Source: an uncultured Anaerolineales bacterium
GTDB taxonomy: Bacteria > Planctomycetota > Phycisphaerae > FEN-1346
Assembly (NCBI GenBank): GCA_964526295.1
Contig: CAZGKW010000011.1
Span: 3,515 to 67,514 of the forward strand
Direction: 5' to 3'
DNA length: 64,000 nucleotides
Part shown: positions 9,057 to 17,218 of the stretch, one piece after another
Layout of the letters: the number at the start of each line of letters is the position of its first letter
Numbering within the stretch: the stretch's first letter is position 1
Program-made: the position numbers and the translations under genes
Notes under the pieces: generated by a model
Told to the model about the DNA's origin: nothing
What the model saw: only the letters and a program-made list of their open reading frames with translations
The model's database searches: none

Positions 9057-11590
9057 GGGAACAGCCTCCCAGGCCCTTCGGGCGGCACGTCGAGGTCCGG
9101 CAGCTCGACCCGCTCCTCCTGGGCCGAATAGTCGACCGCCGACGACGCCGAGCACGTGAACTGGACGCGGACCGACTGGCCCGCCAGGTCCCCCGTCAGG
9201 CCGATCGACCGGCCGGGCACCGTGAACCGGATGACGAGCAGGGCCTTGTTCGGACGCGTGCCCGGCTTCGACGGATCGACGTTCTTCGGAATGACGAACT
9301 GGGCCCGGCACTCGGCGTCGCCGATCGGCACCGCCTGCGGGCCGACGTGGAGGGCGCCTCCGAGCCGCGCGCGGGCCACGGGGCACATGACCCGGCCGTA
9401 GCCGGCGGGCCGGTCGGCCGGCTCCCACGGACCGACCTCGCTGACCGCGAGCTTCACCGGCTTGTCGAGGACGGCCCGCTGCCTCGGGCGGCCTTTCGCA
9501 TCGGTCACCTCGGTGACCGTGAAGCTGACCAGCTCGCCGCAGACCCGCTGGTGCTGAAGGCCTTCCTCCTGGAGGACGGTGGGGCAGTCGAGGACGAAGT
9601 CGGCCTCGGCCCCGCGTGTCCCGTAGGTGAACCTGCCGCCGGCGGCGGCGCGGCCCTGGTAGAAGCTCGGCCACATGGCGTCCTTCTGGTCGCGGAAGGT
9701 GGCCTTGACGGTGACGTATCGCTCGGTGCCCATAGTGAAGACTTGCCCGTCGGCGGGCCAGGCCAGCGGTCCCTCGTAGGGCCTCGGCTCGCGAGGCGGC
9801 CGCTCCGGCTCGACGTACTCCGGCCAGGGCTTGGTCGCCGTCAGGTCCAGCAGGAGCGCGTAGCCGTCCATCAGGCCCCCGCCGAACGACGCCTGCACGG
9901 GCCGTTCGAGTGGCGGCGTCACGGTCTCGCCCCGGTCGCGTTCGCTCTCGGAGGCGCCCGTCAGCCAGAGCAGCATCGGCCGACCCATCGAGACGCCCGT
10001 CGCGAAGCCCCACCCGTTCGGCCGGTCGTAGCACCCGCTGACCGTCACCCGCGAGCCGCAGGCGGGCACGATCGAGGCGAACCGGTAGGCCGTCAGGTCC
10101 GGGTCGATGACGTAGACCCCCCGGCCCCCGCGGCGGTCGGAGACGGCGTTCGGGGTCCGGACGCTCGAGCCGGTCGCGCCGACCAGGGCGACCGACCCGT
10201 CGGCCGCGCAGACGAGGTCGCGGATGAAGCTGGAGTTGATCCACCGCGTGGCCGCCAGGACGTTATGGTCGCGATCCATTTTGACAATGCTCGCGCATGT
10301 ATGCATGGGCCGATGATCGAGGCGGTTCTCCACGTACCGCTCGATGTCGTACGGGTAGCGGAAGAAGACGTTGTTCCCGCCGTGGCTCCAGGTGCCGATG
10401 ACGAGGTCCCCCGCCGGGTCGTAGGCGCTTCGGCGAACGGCCGAGTCGGCGACCAGCCGCAGGGCGTCGACGCCGACAAACGGGCCCCGCCAGCCGTAGA
10501 GGTGCTTGCGGGTCGAGCCGTCGGGGTTGTAGACGTAGAGCCGGGGGTTGCGGTAGGGCTCGCGGCCGGTGCCGCTCATCCAGTCGCCCACCCGCGTGAA
10601 GCACCCGTCGACGGGGCTGACGTCGAGGCCGCCGAGGACCCGGGTGTTCTCGATAGAGACGGCCCGGACCAGCTCGCCGGCCGGCGTGTAGGTCCGGAGG
10701 CCCGGCCCGTGCATGGAGACCGTCCCGTCGTCGAGGACGCGCAGCCGCGGGGCGATGCTCCACCCCTCGAGGTCGCGGACCCACTCCACCCGCGTGCAGT
10801 CGGGGCCCAGGCGCGCCAGGTACGTCCGCCGGCAGCCGAACGTGTCCTCCGAGACGCCCTTCGGGTCGGGCACGGTCTCGGTGAGGCGGCGGTCCGAGAG
10901 GCGAGCGATCCGCCCGGTCGCCGCGCCCGCGATGTAGACCGCCCCGTCGGCGGCGACGGCGGCGCTCGTGATCGAGCCCGCCCCGCGCGGCAGGCGCCGC
11001 AGGCGAAGCACCTGCTTCAGGTCCGGCGTGCAGACGGCCAGGAAGCCGGTCGCCTCGGGGTCGAGCCACGTCAGCTTGCGGTACATCGTCCGGGACGCGA
11101 CGGACTCGCCCTCCTCGCCCCACTGGAGCTGCCGCGGCCACGACCGAAGGGCCTCCAGGTCCTCTTTCTCCCGCCGCTTCAGCTCCTCCTCGGTGGGCGG
11201 CGGCTCGAGCGAGAAATCATCATACGGCGACGGCTCGTTCAGGCCGCCGATCTCCAGCTCCGGGACGGCCGTCCGGCCGGTGTCCTTCTCCCCCAGGCGG
11301 CGCCAGGACCTGACCCGCGGCAGGCCCGGTGCGTCGCGGCCCAGCGCCTCCGCCTTCACGCCGCCGAGCGTCACCTCCGCGTCGAGCGTCACGCCGCACA
11401 CGAGGACCGTGCCGTCGGGCAGGAACGCCCCCGCGGAGAGCCACTCGGTGCCCTCGCCGCCGAGGAAGGTGGCCGTGACGACGCGGGCCGGGTTCGGCGA
11501 GACGAGGTCCCGCCCGTCGGCGTTCGCCTCGCCGGCGCCGCCGACCAGGACGGCCACGAGACCGACCCACGCTGCCGCTCGCATTCCCAT
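9053..11590 (-). CDS. Secreted beta-propeller (SBBP-like) hypothetical protein (845 aa)
   Basis: Signal MGMRAAAWVGLVAVLVGGAGEANA. ATFLGGEGTEWLSAGAFLPDGTVLVCG and SITSAAVAADGAVYIAG resemble SBBP-type blades. Confidence 0.65.
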   Translation of the reverse strand: MGMRAAAWVGLVAVLVGGAGEANADGRDLVSPNPARVVTATFLGGEGTEWLSAGAFLPDGTVLVCGVTLDAEVTLGGVKAEALGRDAPGLPRVRSWRRLGEKDTGRTAVPELEIGGLNEPSPYDDFSLEPPPTEEELKRREKEDLEALRSWPRQLQWGEEGESVASRTMYRKLTWLDPEATGFLAVCTPDLKQVLRLRRLPRGAGSITSAAVAADGAVYIAGAATGRIARLSDRRLTETVPDPKGVSEDTFGCRRTYLARLGPDCTRVEWVRDLEGWSIAPRLRVLDDGTVSMHGPGLRTYTPAGELVRAVSIENTRVLGGLDVSPVDGCFTRVGDWMSGTGREPYRNPRLYVYNPDGSTRKHLYGWRGPFVGVDALRLVADSAVRRSAYDPAGDLVIGTWSHGGNNVFFRYPYDIERYVENRLDHRPMHTCASIVKMDRDHNVLAATRWINSSFIRDLVCAADGSVALVGATGSSVRTPNAVSDRRGGRGVYVIDPDLTAYRFASIVPACGSRVTVSGCYDRPNGWGFATGVSMGRPMLLWLTGASESERDRGETVTPPLERPVQASFGGGLMDGYALLLDLTATKPWPEYVEPERPPREPRPYEGPLAWPADGQVFTMGTERYVTVKATFRDQKDAMWPSFYQGRAAAGGRFTYGTRGAEADFVLDCPTVLQEEGLQHQRVCGELVSFTVTEVTDAKGRPRQRAVLDKPVKLAVSEVGPWEPADRPAGYGRVMCPVARARLGGALHVGPQAVPIGDAECRAQFVIPKNVDPSKPGTRPNKALLVIRFTVPGRSIGLTGDLAGQSVRVQFTCSASSAVDYSAQEERVELPDLDVPPEGPGRLFP

Positions 11591-11654
11591 ACCGCTTCTT
11601 CCTTTGGGCTGCTTCCGAGGTCCCCCGGCGACCCCCCGGCGCCCCATGGCGGCG

Positions 11655-13667
11655 CTACCGCGTGGCGCGAGCGTCCCAGCAGTAGACCCCGTTCTCCTGG
11701 CGGAAGAAGATCCGCCCGTCCACCATCGGGTAGAAGATCGGGTGGTGGTAGCTCGTCGTCGTGCCGCCGACCGGCGGGACCCACGCGGCGTCGGCGTTCA
11801 GCGACCGGACGCTCCCGTCGGGGCCGACCTTGTACCAGGCGCACTCCATGTTCCCGTGTGTCCCGTCGCGGCGAACCAGGACGAGGTCCTCCATCGCCTG
11901 CATGTACCCGCCGTTCATCGGGACGATGCCCGCCGTCTTCGCGAGCACCCGCCCCGTCGCGAGGTCCGCGACGCGAAGGTCCGCCGTGAAGACGTACTTG
12001 CCGCGTACGACGACCGGCACGCACTCCTGGTGCACCGGCCCGTAGGGGGCGCTCTTGCCGCGGAGGGCCTGGACGCGGGCGGTGTCCTCGTCCGGGCCGA
12101 GCTGCCACAGGGGCGTCGGCCCGTCGGGGCTGAGGCGATAGGCGGCGATGGCGGGGTCGATGGGATCGCCCTTCCGGCCGGTCCCGTTGTTCTGGTTGAC
12201 GAGCAGGAGGTCGCCGAAGACGCTGATGCCGCCCGGCCCGAGGCCCCTCCCCGCCGTCAGGACGTTGACCGGCAGGTCCCACACCGGCTCGCCGGTGTCG
12301 GCCTTGAGGCAGGAGATGCCGCGGGGCGCGTGGCGGGGGCCCATCACGCCGATGACGTAATCTTCCCCGGCGTGCGACCACGCCGAGAGGGTCGACACGG
12401 CCCGTCCGCCGCCGCCGGCCGTCCAGAGCAGCCTGCCGGTGGCGGCGTCGTAGCCGCCCCACTCGCGGCCGGCCGGGGCGACCACCACGTCGCCGACGGC
12501 GAGCAGGGCGTTGCTGAAGTCTCGCTCGGACTCGATCTCCCAGAGCGGCTCGCCCGTCTCGGCGTCGAAGGCGTAGAGCCAGCCCGACATGCCGAGGGCG
12601 AAGACGCGCCCGCCCCCATACGCCGGGCCCATGTCGAACGGGCCCGCCTTGTGGTGCTGCGAGTTCACGCCGCGGGCCCTCACGACGGCCTTCCAGAGCG
12701 TCTTGCCGGTGGCGGCGTCCATGCACAGGACCACGTCGTCGGCGCACTGGTACATCTTCTCGATGGCATACGTCGGCAGCGTCTCGCCCGTGAAGCCGGC
12801 CTGCCGCGCCTCTTCGAGCATCGCCCTCCGGGCCGACGACTCGGTCACCTTCTGGAGGCCGTACTCGCGGATGCCGGTCTCGGGCGTCCCGGCGGGCCGC
12901 GGGGCGGGCACGAAGTACTTGAAGAACACCCGGCCGCCGGCCACGACCGGCGACGCGCACCCCGAGCCGGTCCGCCGGGCGCTCGCGCTCTTCCACGTAT
13001 GCATGAATCGGGTGATGTTGCCCATCCCGCGGCCGACGTCGCTCTCCTCGCACCGCCAGACCATGCGGAGGTCGGCCGGGTCGTCGAGCGTCGCCGCGCC
13101 GGTCCACTGGGCGGAGCACCCGCCCATCAGCGGGCCTTGCGAGACCGGCCAGGCCTTGTCCTTTGCGACCGCGTTGCGGGCGGCCAGCTCGGCCTCCATC
13201 ACGAGCGTGCCCGTGACCGTCGCGTCGCGTCCGCCGACCGTCGCGGTGCCCGCGATCGTGCCGCCCGCCACGGCGGCGTCGACACTCACCTCGGCGCCGA
13301 GGTCGACGCGGCGGAAGCGGCCCGTCAGGCGGCCGCCCTTGAGCGTGAGCCATCCGCCGGGCTCGATGAGCCCGACGCCGTCGTCGACCCGCATGCGTCC
13401 GCCGCGAAGGCCGCCGACGTACGTCCACGTCAACGGCTCGCGCATCGCCCGGTCCTCGCCCTTCGGGTCGCCGGGGACGGTCACCGTCAGCGTCGCCAGG
13501 GCGTAGTCGCCCCTCGGGCGGTGGACCTCGCAGTCGGCGATGCCTGAGCGCGGGGCGGGGGCTTCGGCCTCTCCCGCGGCAGCGACGGCTCCGAAGGCGA
13601 GGGCGGCCAGACACGCCGCGCAAACCGGCGTCAGATGGCGAACGCGCGAACTCCTGGCTTCGAGCAT
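11655..13667 (-). CDS. Secreted PQQ-like beta-propeller repeat protein (670 aa)
   Basis: GAGGAGG RBS; signal peptide; repeated blades CMDAATGKTLWK, AFDAETGEPLWE, GYDAATGRLLW, CLKADTGEPVW. Confidence 0.85.
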   Translation of the reverse strand: MLEARSSRVRHLTPVCAACLAALAFGAVAAAGEAEAPAPRSGIADCEVHRPRGDYALATLTVTVPGDPKGEDRAMREPLTWTYVGGLRGGRMRVDDGVGLIEPGGWLTLKGGRLTGRFRRVDLGAEVSVDAAVAGGTIAGTATVGGRDATVTGTLVMEAELAARNAVAKDKAWPVSQGPLMGGCSAQWTGAATLDDPADLRMVWRCEESDVGRGMGNITRFMHTWKSASARRTGSGCASPVVAGGRVFFKYFVPAPRPAGTPETGIREYGLQKVTESSARRAMLEEARQAGFTGETLPTYAIEKMYQCADDVVLCMDAATGKTLWKAVVRARGVNSQHHKAGPFDMGPAYGGGRVFALGMSGWLYAFDAETGEPLWEIESERDFSNALLAVGDVVVAPAGREWGGYDAATGRLLWTAGGGGRAVSTLSAWSHAGEDYVIGVMGPRHAPRGISCLKADTGEPVWDLPVNVLTAGRGLGPGGISVFGDLLLVNQNNGTGRKGDPIDPAIAAYRLSPDGPTPLWQLGPDEDTARVQALRGKSAPYGPVHQECVPVVVRGKYVFTADLRVADLATGRVLAKTAGIVPMNGGYMQAMEDLVLVRRDGTHGNMECAWYKVGPDGSVRSLNADAAWVPPVGGTTTSYHHPIFYPMVDGRIFFRQENGVYCWDARATR

Positions 13668-13768
13668 CTCTCCTCCTCGTCCGAGGGCCGACCTGCGGCC
13701 GCGCCCGTCGCGCCGCCGACGTTCCTCCCTAACGATGAAACCGCTCGACGGGGGAACGGGCCCGGCGA

Positions 13769-13822
13769 ATGCGTCCGGCCCGCCCCCGCGACGGCCGCTA
13801 CGGCGATGCGTTCGGCCCGCCC
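13769..13822. repeat. 17-bp imperfect direct repeat (ATGCGT[C/T]CGGCCCGCCC x2, period 37 bp)
   Basis: Copies at 13769-13785 and 13806-13822, one mismatch, in the intergenic region upstream of the 13667 gene. Confidence 0.6.
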
Positions 13823-13835
13823 TCGCCGATACGAA

Positions 13836-14316
13836 TCACCGCTTGCCAATGAGCTTCATATCGACGTACATCACCGCTTTGTGCCACGCCACGCGATGGG
13901 CGTCCTCCCTCTCCAGGTGGGCCCAGACGGCGATGGACCACTTCGAGCCCGGTTCCATGCCGTTCTGGCTGGGCGTCGCGTGCTGGGCCGAGGCGACGAG
14001 CCGCCCGTCCTTGTCGAGGAAGGCGACGACGCACTCGTAGAAGACCCGCTCCTTCGACCGGTTCTCGACCGTGCCGCCGGCCGAGCGGGTGAGTGACGCT
14101 GGGGTAGGGGTTGAAGTAGCAGGCGGCCTCGAGACGGAGCGGATCGCCGAGGACGACCTTGACGTGCTTGTCCTTCTGCTCGCTTCCCGCCTCGGCGAGC
14201 TTCAGGGGCCCCTCCTTCTCGTACCGCCGGGCCGCGCAAGCTGCTTCGATGCCGGACCCGAGGACCGCCAGGGCCGCCACGACCGCCAGGGCCGCCGTCC
14301 AGAACAGTCGCCGCAT
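13836..14316 (-). pseudogene. Frameshifted small secreted protein (FxLYD-like Ig fold), about 159 aa if one base is removed
   Basis: ATG 14316 with AAAGGA RBS and signal MRRLFWTAALAVVAALAVLG. The GC3-rich frame switches near 14082-14110 to AGGTVENRSKERVFYECVVAFLDKDGRLVAS...GKR, ending TGA at 13836. Confidence 0.7.
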
Positions 14317-14379
14317 AACCGTATCCTTTCGCCAACCCGAGCCGCCACCCACGTCCCCCGATGGGATGCCTGGGCGGGC

Positions 14380-14408
14380 AGTCTACCATCGCCTCCGCCG
14401 GGCCGCAA
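14380..14408 (-). promoter_or_regulatory. sigma70-like promoter P2 (TTGCGG-N17-TAGACT) for the leftward operon
   Basis: Minus strand: TTGCGG at 14408-14403, 17-nt spacer, TAGACT at 14385-14380. Confidence 0.5.
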
Positions 14409-14488
14409 TCGGCCGGGCCCTGCGGCCGGGCCTTCCGGGCCCGGGCTGCCAGCCTGCCGGCATGTCGCCCGCAAACCCATCCTGACCC

Positions 14489-14517
14489 ATCTTACGCACC
14501 TGTTTGAAAAATGTCAA
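14489..14517 (-). promoter_or_regulatory. Near-consensus sigma70 promoter P1 (TTGACA-N17-TAAGAT)
   Basis: Minus strand: TTGACA at 14517-14512, exact 17-nt spacer, TAAGAT at 14494-14489. Confidence 0.75.
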
Positions 14518-14554
14518 GAGAAAAGGCGCGCCGTGACGAGATTTTTCAAACAGG
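14499..14554. promoter_or_regulatory. Perfect 14-bp inverted repeat (CCTGTTTGAAAAAT-N28-ATTTTTCAAACAGG), putative operator pair
   Basis: Arms at 14499-14512 and 14541-14554 are exact reverse complements. AT-rich against a GC-rich background; the left arm lies in the P1 spacer. Confidence 0.7.
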
Positions 14555-14603
14555 GGGGCGGGGGGTGGCACGGCGCTTCCGCCCTGCCCTGCGGCGGTTT
14601 GGC

Positions 14604-14632
14604 TTGCGAAGTCCCGCGCCGGCCGCCATACT
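14604..14632 (+). promoter_or_regulatory. sigma70-like promoter (TTGCGA-N17-CATACT) 7 nt before ATG 14640, likely leaderless
   Basis: TTGCGA at 14604-14609, CATACT at 14627-14632, ATG at 14640 with no SD sequence between. Confidence 0.55.
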
Positions 14633-14639
14633 GGGCCCC

Positions 14640-17156
14640 ATGCGAAAACCCATCCCCTTGGTAGCGACGATTGTGGCGGCGGCCTTTTGCATCGCGTCGG
14701 AGTCGGCGGCCGACGTGTCCCACCCCTACATCCTGTGGACGCCGGAGGAGGCGGCGGTCCTCCGAAAGACCTTCGAGCGCGAGCCCTGGGCCCGCGAGTC
14801 GCTCGAGCGCCTCGCCGCCCGACCTCGCAGCGAGCCCTTTGTCAACCTTTTCCGCTACCAGGTTCTCGGCGACGAGAAGGCCGGCCAGGCCGAGCGGAAG
14901 TACCTCCTCTCGTTCGTCGGGGCGCCGCTGGAGCGGCGCGACTCGACCGGCCGCGGCGTCGGACGGCATTACGACAACTATCTCCATGCGATCCGATACG
15001 ATGCTCTCTACGACTCCTTGACGCCCGAGCAGCGGCGGGGCCTGGAGGAGACGTTCCGCCGCTTCATCCGGTACGAGCTGGACCACCCCTACCGGAACAC
15101 GCGCTTGAGCCTCCTGCCGAACATGCAGCTCCCGCGGCTGGTGGCGGCCCACCTGATGAGCGTGGCCCTGGGCGAGGAGGCCCTCATCCGCCGCCTGTGG
15201 GCCGCGCCGAGCGGCTTCCGGTGGTTCTTCGACGAGTACCTCTCCGACGGCGGGTTCTACAACGAAGAGTTCGGCAAGATGACGTCGCTGATCGGCGAGT
15301 ACCTGCTCTATTGCCGGGGCTTGGAGCGGCTCGGCCTGAACGAGCTGGGCTACGGGTTCGAAGGCCGGGGCGGGGCCACGATGCGACGCTATGTCGAGAG
15401 CTACATCTGGCTGGGCTATCCGCGGACGGAGCTGCCCGGCGGCTTGCCGCGCTACGAGCGGGTCGCCATGGGCGATACCCGCGGGCGCCTGCTGGGCGTT
15501 TTCCAGCACGCCAACGTGCCGGGGTTCCTCGGCCCCCGCCCCGACGGGGTCGAGCCGGGCGGCAAGCGGGGCCGGTCCCTGCTCGACGGGTGGGACGACT
15601 TCTACGCCGCGAACATGAACGGCCGCGACCACCGGGGCACCAAGACCCAGAAGCTCCAGTTCCCCCAGTGGTTCGAGGTCCTCCACGCCCGGTACCCCGA
15701 CGGGCCGTTCGGCTACTTCCTGGTGGCGATGCGGCGGCCCGGCCGGGCGAAGTACGTGCCGACGCCGTTCTGGGGCCTCGCGCCGCTCGGAGCGGACGAC
15801 GTCGAGCCGCCTCCCGCGCCGTCGGCGGTGTACCCGGAACGGGGCTTCGCCATGCTGCGTGCCGAGGAGTCGCCCGCCTACTGGTCGTCGCCGGCGCCGG
15901 CGGTGGCCCTCCAGTTCGCCACGCTCTACGTCCATTACACGAGCGACTGCTTCTCGCTGCTCGGGTACCATGCTTTCAACCGTCCGATCTATCTCAATCG
16001 GGCCATCTCGGCCGGCTACAACGGCGGGCCGTGGGACTTCAGCGTGCGGGGCCATTGCGGCGTGGTGGTCGACGCCGAGCAGGCCCAGCCCATCGGCACG
16101 GTGCCGTCTCGCGAGGACTTCTCGCCGGTGGTGAAGTTCGTCTCCGCCCGGGGCGTGCTGGCCGAAGGGGCCGAGCTGTACCAGGGCGTCCGCGAGGTCC
16201 GTTCGAGCGACCAGCCCCGGGCGCCCGCGACCGATGTTTATACGAACGTCGACCTGTCGCGGTCGCTCTTTTTGGCCCGGGAGTACCTGTTCGACGTCTA
16301 CTGGCTGGCCGACAGGGAGGCCCGGCCGCGGCGGTTCTACTGGCTGGTCCATCCGCCGGGGGTGCTCGAGTCGACCGAGGGCTGGACGCCCAGCACGGAC
16401 CTCCAGGCGACGCTCTTCAACGTGAAGGCCCTCCGCGACGAAAGGGGGCCGCGCCGGCGTTCCCTGCCCCCCGCCGACGCCCCGAGCGAGTCGTGGGTCC
16501 GCATCCAGGGCGAACGGAAGATGGCCCTCGGCGAGGGGCCCGCCGACGTCACGGTCGTCCAGCGGTGCATCCTGCCGGACGCGGGCCGTTCCGTCCTCGG
16601 CCCCGAGTGGTACGCCCGCGAGGTCGGCGTCCGCGTCCGCATGCTCGGCGTGGCCGGGACGAACGCGTACGTCTTCGACACGCCCACGTGTTACCCGCCG
16701 GGGACGCTCCGTTCGCCCCGAGGCGGCGAGGCGCCGCCGCGACCGGAGACGGGCGGCGTTTCGATCGTCGTGGCCCGGGAGGCGCCGCGGACGATCTTCG
16801 CCGCCCTCCACGAGCCCATCGAGGGCGGCCGGTCGGGCATCGAGCGGTTCGAGCGGATCGCCCAGGTTCGCGACGCCGTCGCCGCACGGATCGTCGGCCG
16901 CGAGGCCGGCGTCAACGACCGGGTCATGGTCCGCATCGGCGACTCCTCGGGCGAGCCCCTCACGCTCGAAGGCGGGGGCGAACGGTTCACCTTCGCCGGC
17001 CACGCCTTCGTGCGCATCGGCCCGGACCGCGTCGAGGCGCGAGGCGACCTGCGGGAGCTGAGGGTGAAGGTCGAGGGCCGGCCGCAGCTCGTCGTGAACG
17101 GCCGCGACCGGCCCGCCCGCATCGCCGATGGTTTCCTGGCCTACGCGGCGCACTGA
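14640..17156 (+). CDS. Secreted heparinase II/III-like protein (838 aa)
   Basis: Signal MRKPIPLVATIVAAAFCIA. N-terminal SHPYILWTPEEAAVLR, helical toroid (AIRYDALYD, LSDGGFYNE), then PSAVYPERGFAMLR...HYTSD...GHCGVVVD matching the Hep II/III C-terminal pattern. Confidence 0.65.
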   Translation: MRKPIPLVATIVAAAFCIASESAADVSHPYILWTPEEAAVLRKTFEREPWARESLERLAARPRSEPFVNLFRYQVLGDEKAGQAERKYLLSFVGAPLERRDSTGRGVGRHYDNYLHAIRYDALYDSLTPEQRRGLEETFRRFIRYELDHPYRNTRLSLLPNMQLPRLVAAHLMSVALGEEALIRRLWAAPSGFRWFFDEYLSDGGFYNEEFGKMTSLIGEYLLYCRGLERLGLNELGYGFEGRGGATMRRYVESYIWLGYPRTELPGGLPRYERVAMGDTRGRLLGVFQHANVPGFLGPRPDGVEPGGKRGRSLLDGWDDFYAANMNGRDHRGTKTQKLQFPQWFEVLHARYPDGPFGYFLVAMRRPGRAKYVPTPFWGLAPLGADDVEPPPAPSAVYPERGFAMLRAEESPAYWSSPAPAVALQFATLYVHYTSDCFSLLGYHAFNRPIYLNRAISAGYNGGPWDFSVRGHCGVVVDAEQAQPIGTVPSREDFSPVVKFVSARGVLAEGAELYQGVREVRSSDQPRAPATDVYTNVDLSRSLFLAREYLFDVYWLADREARPRRFYWLVHPPGVLESTEGWTPSTDLQATLFNVKALRDERGPRRRSLPPADAPSESWVRIQGERKMALGEGPADVTVVQRCILPDAGRSVLGPEWYAREVGVRVRMLGVAGTNAYVFDTPTCYPPGTLRSPRGGEAPPRPETGGVSIVVAREAPRTIFAALHEPIEGGRSGIERFERIAQVRDAVAARIVGREAGVNDRVMVRIGDSSGEPLTLEGGGERFTFAGHAFVRIGPDRVEARGDLRELRVKVEGRPQLVVNGRDRPARIADGFLAYAAH

Positions 17157-17218
17157 CCGGCCCGGCCCGGCCGCTATGGAGGTGTCGGGCGCGCGGCCTC
17201 ACGCACTCAGGACCGCGG

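Noticed and set aside
10281-10310. Intragenic antisense promoter at TTGACA (10281-10286)
   Set aside because: No acceptable -10 hexamer at 16-18 nt spacing.
11655-13667. Calling the PQQ-like propellers BamB or quinoprotein dehydrogenases
   Set aside because: There is no bam context or lipobox, and no recognisable dehydrogenase active-site motifs. Only the repeat fold is supported.
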